Assembly (NCBI RefSeq): GCF_000737315.1
Contig: NZ_JMCB01000003.1
Coordinates: forward strand, 20,001 to 268,000
Length of the DNA stretch: 248,000 nucleotides
From: Hyalangium minutum
GTDB lineage: Bacteria > Myxococcota > Myxococcia > Myxococcales > Myxococcaceae
Direction of reading: 5' to 3'
Of the stretch, positions 247,357 to 248,000 are shown piece after piece (the first letter of the stretch is position 1; every line of letters starts with the position of its first letter). The notes beneath the pieces are model-generated. The model had not been told where the DNA came from, did not search any database, and saw only the letters and a program-made list of their open reading frames with translations. Position numbers and translations under genes: made by a program.

Positions 247357-247704
247357 TCAGGACTCTTCTTCGCCCTCGGCCGCCGCAGCCGCCGAAGTAC
247401 CGAAGGAGTTCGAGTCCGCGATCTCCTTCGTCGTGTTGCGGTAGGCCCGGAGCGCGAACGGCGTGGCTGCCAGGAACACGAGCCCGGCCAGGCCGATGGC
247501 GGCCCAGGGCACCGGGGTCTCCTTGATCTGGATGTCCTTGCTATAGGCGTTCATGTTGCCCCCGAGCTGCTGAGCCTTGAGGGCGGACTTCTCCTCATCG
247601 GACATCTCGGAGGGGGGCTGGAACTCCTGCACGGGGCGGCCAGCCAGCACGGCGCTACCCGAGAGCAGGGCGGACAGGAGGACGAGTCGCGAGAGCGTAC
247701 GCAT
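247357..247704 (-). CDS. hypothetical exported membrane protein
   Basis: signal peptide plus TM. Confidence 0.5.
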   Translation of the reverse strand: MRTLSRLVLLSALLSGSAVLAGRPVQEFQPPSEMSDEEKSALKAQQLGGNMNAYSKDIQIKETPVPWAAIGLAGLVFLAATPFALRAYRNTTKEIADSNSFGTSAAAAAEGEEES

Positions 247705-247821
247705 GGAATCCCATCCTATCACGGGTCGGGCCCTCCATCGCCAGAGGGGACCATCGCCGCCCGTACAGCTCCATGAAAGCAGGCTTGCGTCCGTCCCAGC
247801 CGTCCATTAGGCGCGGAGCGA

Positions 247822-248000
247822 ATGCGCCTGCTCTTCGTTGGCCTCGCGAACCTGCTGCTGGGGGTGTGGACCCTGCTTGGGCTGCCCTTCCGCCTGCTTG
247901 CCTCCCGGAACCGTCCCACCTACGTCCGCTTCCGGCTCTCCGGGGAGCTGCCCTACCGTCAGCCGCGCAAGGCCCGGCGGTTTTTCTCCGGCTCGAAGCC
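247822..248000 (+). CDS. 5' part of a gene running off the window (possibly signal peptide peptidase SppA)
   Basis: MRLLFVGLANL..YVRFRLSGELPYR; truncated by window edge. Confidence 0.4.
   Translation, partial: MRLLFVGLANLLLGVWTLLGLPFRLLASRNRPTYVRFRLSGELPYRQPRKARRFFSGSK

Overview
A GC-rich (about 70% by eye) chromosomal segment of a myxobacterium (Myxococcota, Cystobacterineae; Hyalangium/Stigmatella/Archangium-like). The backbone carries housekeeping genes (selA, rluD, rplC, typA, coaD, carB, glutamate synthase gltBD, greA, recG, thrC, tmk, mutS, xerD, scpAB, rluB, rtcA). It also carries a sporulation neighbourhood (sigma32-like sigB, lytic transglycosylase, complete nfsA-H) and many signalling genes. 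No rRNA, intact tRNA, CRISPR array or intact IS/prophage was recognised. The main items are: (1) two R-body (Reb) genes heading a co-oriented run with two transglutaminase-like/amidoligase genes (86.7-92.8 kb); (2) a full-length bacterial major vault protein (36.2-38.5 kb); (3) a 47-kb ATGA-coupled operon of parvulin lipoproteins, a 10,488-aa Ig/IPT/LVIVD protein and a 4,682-aa lipoprotein Rhs ending in a HINT domain plus a deaminase-like toxin, with no downstream immunity gene; (4) an AhpD-like CxxU selenoprotein split by the ORF caller at a UGA, followed 11 nt later by a SECIS-like hairpin; (5) a highly structured ~180-nt RNA candidate upstream of sigB; (6) lipoprotein toxin-like cassettes, one next to a tmRNA 3'-end fragment and one bracketed by a duplicated terminator. 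Also present are a yybP-ykoY riboswitch, a tandem CheB triplet, an Rpn gene with an internal antitoxin-type start, and several gene relics. All family calls are motif recognition by eye; no database searches were run, and M. xanthus locus tags are from memory.
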